Shown one piece after another: positions 19,686 through 20,834 of a stretch of DNA of 20,834 bases (position 1 is the first letter of the stretch; each line of letters opens with the position of its first letter). Below the pieces are notes generated by a model. That model was given only the letters and a program-made list of their open reading frames with translations, did no database searches and was not told the origin of the DNA. The stretch covers positions 62,001 through 82,834 of the forward strand of contig CAJVPI010000024.1 in the NCBI GenBank assembly GCA_910592345.1. The letters run 5' to 3'. The position numbers were made by a program, and so were the translations under genes. This stretch comes from Paraglomus brasilianum (taxonomy: Eukaryota).

Positions 19686-20807
19686 AGAGAGATTGGACTT
19701 TTTGTTGTACCCATTATAGTGTGATCTATAAATAATGTAAAATTAAATTTCTTTAATAATTACTTTTCTCCAAGAGATAAGTCCATCTGGCTAAGTATCG
19801 CTAGATTGCGAAACAAAAAAGCCACAAGACCGAAGATCATGACCAGTCATATCTTTAGTATAATGACAAAATTTATTACGTCTATTGAATAAACGTTAAT
19901 TCGATGAATAATATTAATATGGGAGAGCTTCTGAATAAAATCCAGATAATGAATTTTTGCTTTTTAAAAAAGAATGGGCTTTCGATAAAAGAGAAGTTAC
20001 GGAGTGTGATATTAATATATCACGTGATTAAAAGCAGTTGTGAATTAGCGTTTATTATGAGCAGCAACTGGATAAGTTCCTAATAACAGATTGGTTTATT
20101 GTTGGATGGTCTTTCATGCAATTAATTTATCGTTTGGTGTAGGTTGAGAGTAAAAGTCGTACTCGACCATGAATTAATCATGACTGTCAGAATGGTGTGA
20201 ATAAAATACTAATGCTGTGCATAACTTATCATACATCTCGAGGTTTCATGGTTATCAGACGCTTGCTAAATCGCATACTTATTGGTTACCATTTCAGGGA
20301 TCAAATTGGAGGCATGTTCTATAAAATATTTACCGTAAGCGATTGATCCTGATCCTTTCGTTTCTGGGCAAAAGACTACAGGGAACTGAACGTCGAAATT
20401 CCTGATTGGTATGGGCTTCGATGAACCAATTTTAAATAAATTTATACTGTATATCGAGCGTGCGCTTAGCAACGTGATCACTTTGTAATATAGAATTGAG
20501 CATCCTTTATACTAAGAGACAAGTCAACGTTAACTTGATTAGAACACTCGCGTTTTTATTATCAACAAGACACACTCTGCGTAAAGTGAATATCTTTCTG
20601 TAAACTTATTGCAAAGGCTATGTCAGAAAACTTTCTCAATCGTCCACGTCATTGAATTCGATACCTCTACTTCAGGTCGATTTTGATCAGTTGAGTGTGG
20701 CCAACCAATCCGAAACTTCAATTCTTGCGTCTAGAAACACCGGATGGATTGTAACATATCAATAGTAGGCATTACTACTATTTCCTGCATGATCTCCGGA
20801 GAGAATC

Positions 20808-20830
20808 AAGGCTCCATCAAGCAATGCCCG
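20808..20830 (+). repeat. Dispersed direct repeat, copy 2
   Basis: Matches 747-768 apart from a 1-nt indel. Confidence 0.75.
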
Positions 20831-20834
20831 GAGA

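Noticed and set aside
1..20834. CRISPR arrays, tRNA/rRNA genes, intact transposase or RT ORFs
   Set aside because: No regularly spaced repeat-spacer units, cloverleaf or rRNA signatures, or long TE ORFs were seen on either strand.

Overview
Eukaryotic fungal genomic DNA, AT-rich with short spliceosomal introns. It is most likely Mucoromycota/Glomeromycotina, inferred from TLDc- and Crinkler-type relics typical of arbuscular mycorrhizal fungi. There are five intact genes: (1) intronless TRAPPC13 (-, 2991-4403), head-to-head and only 134 bp from (2) a 12-exon DRG2/RBG2 GTPase (+, 4538-6673, 365 aa) that needs two GC-AG introns; (3) a HeH/LEM-like single-pass membrane protein (-, 7975-8988); (4) an orphan type-I membrane protein (-, 9973-10977); and (5) a She3-like coiled-coil protein (+, probably spliced 18090-18129/18697-19598), whose 567-nt intron has a ~360-nt AG-free zone suggesting a distant branch point. 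About 12.6-17.2 kb is a graveyard of same-strand gene fragments (two Crinkler-type nuclease-like pieces, a TLDc piece, a spliced relic, a signal-peptide relic), part of it almost free of CpG. Degenerate homologous relics sit at both ends of the window. No rRNA, tRNA, CRISPR or intact mobile element was seen. All family calls come from motif recognition, not from database searches.
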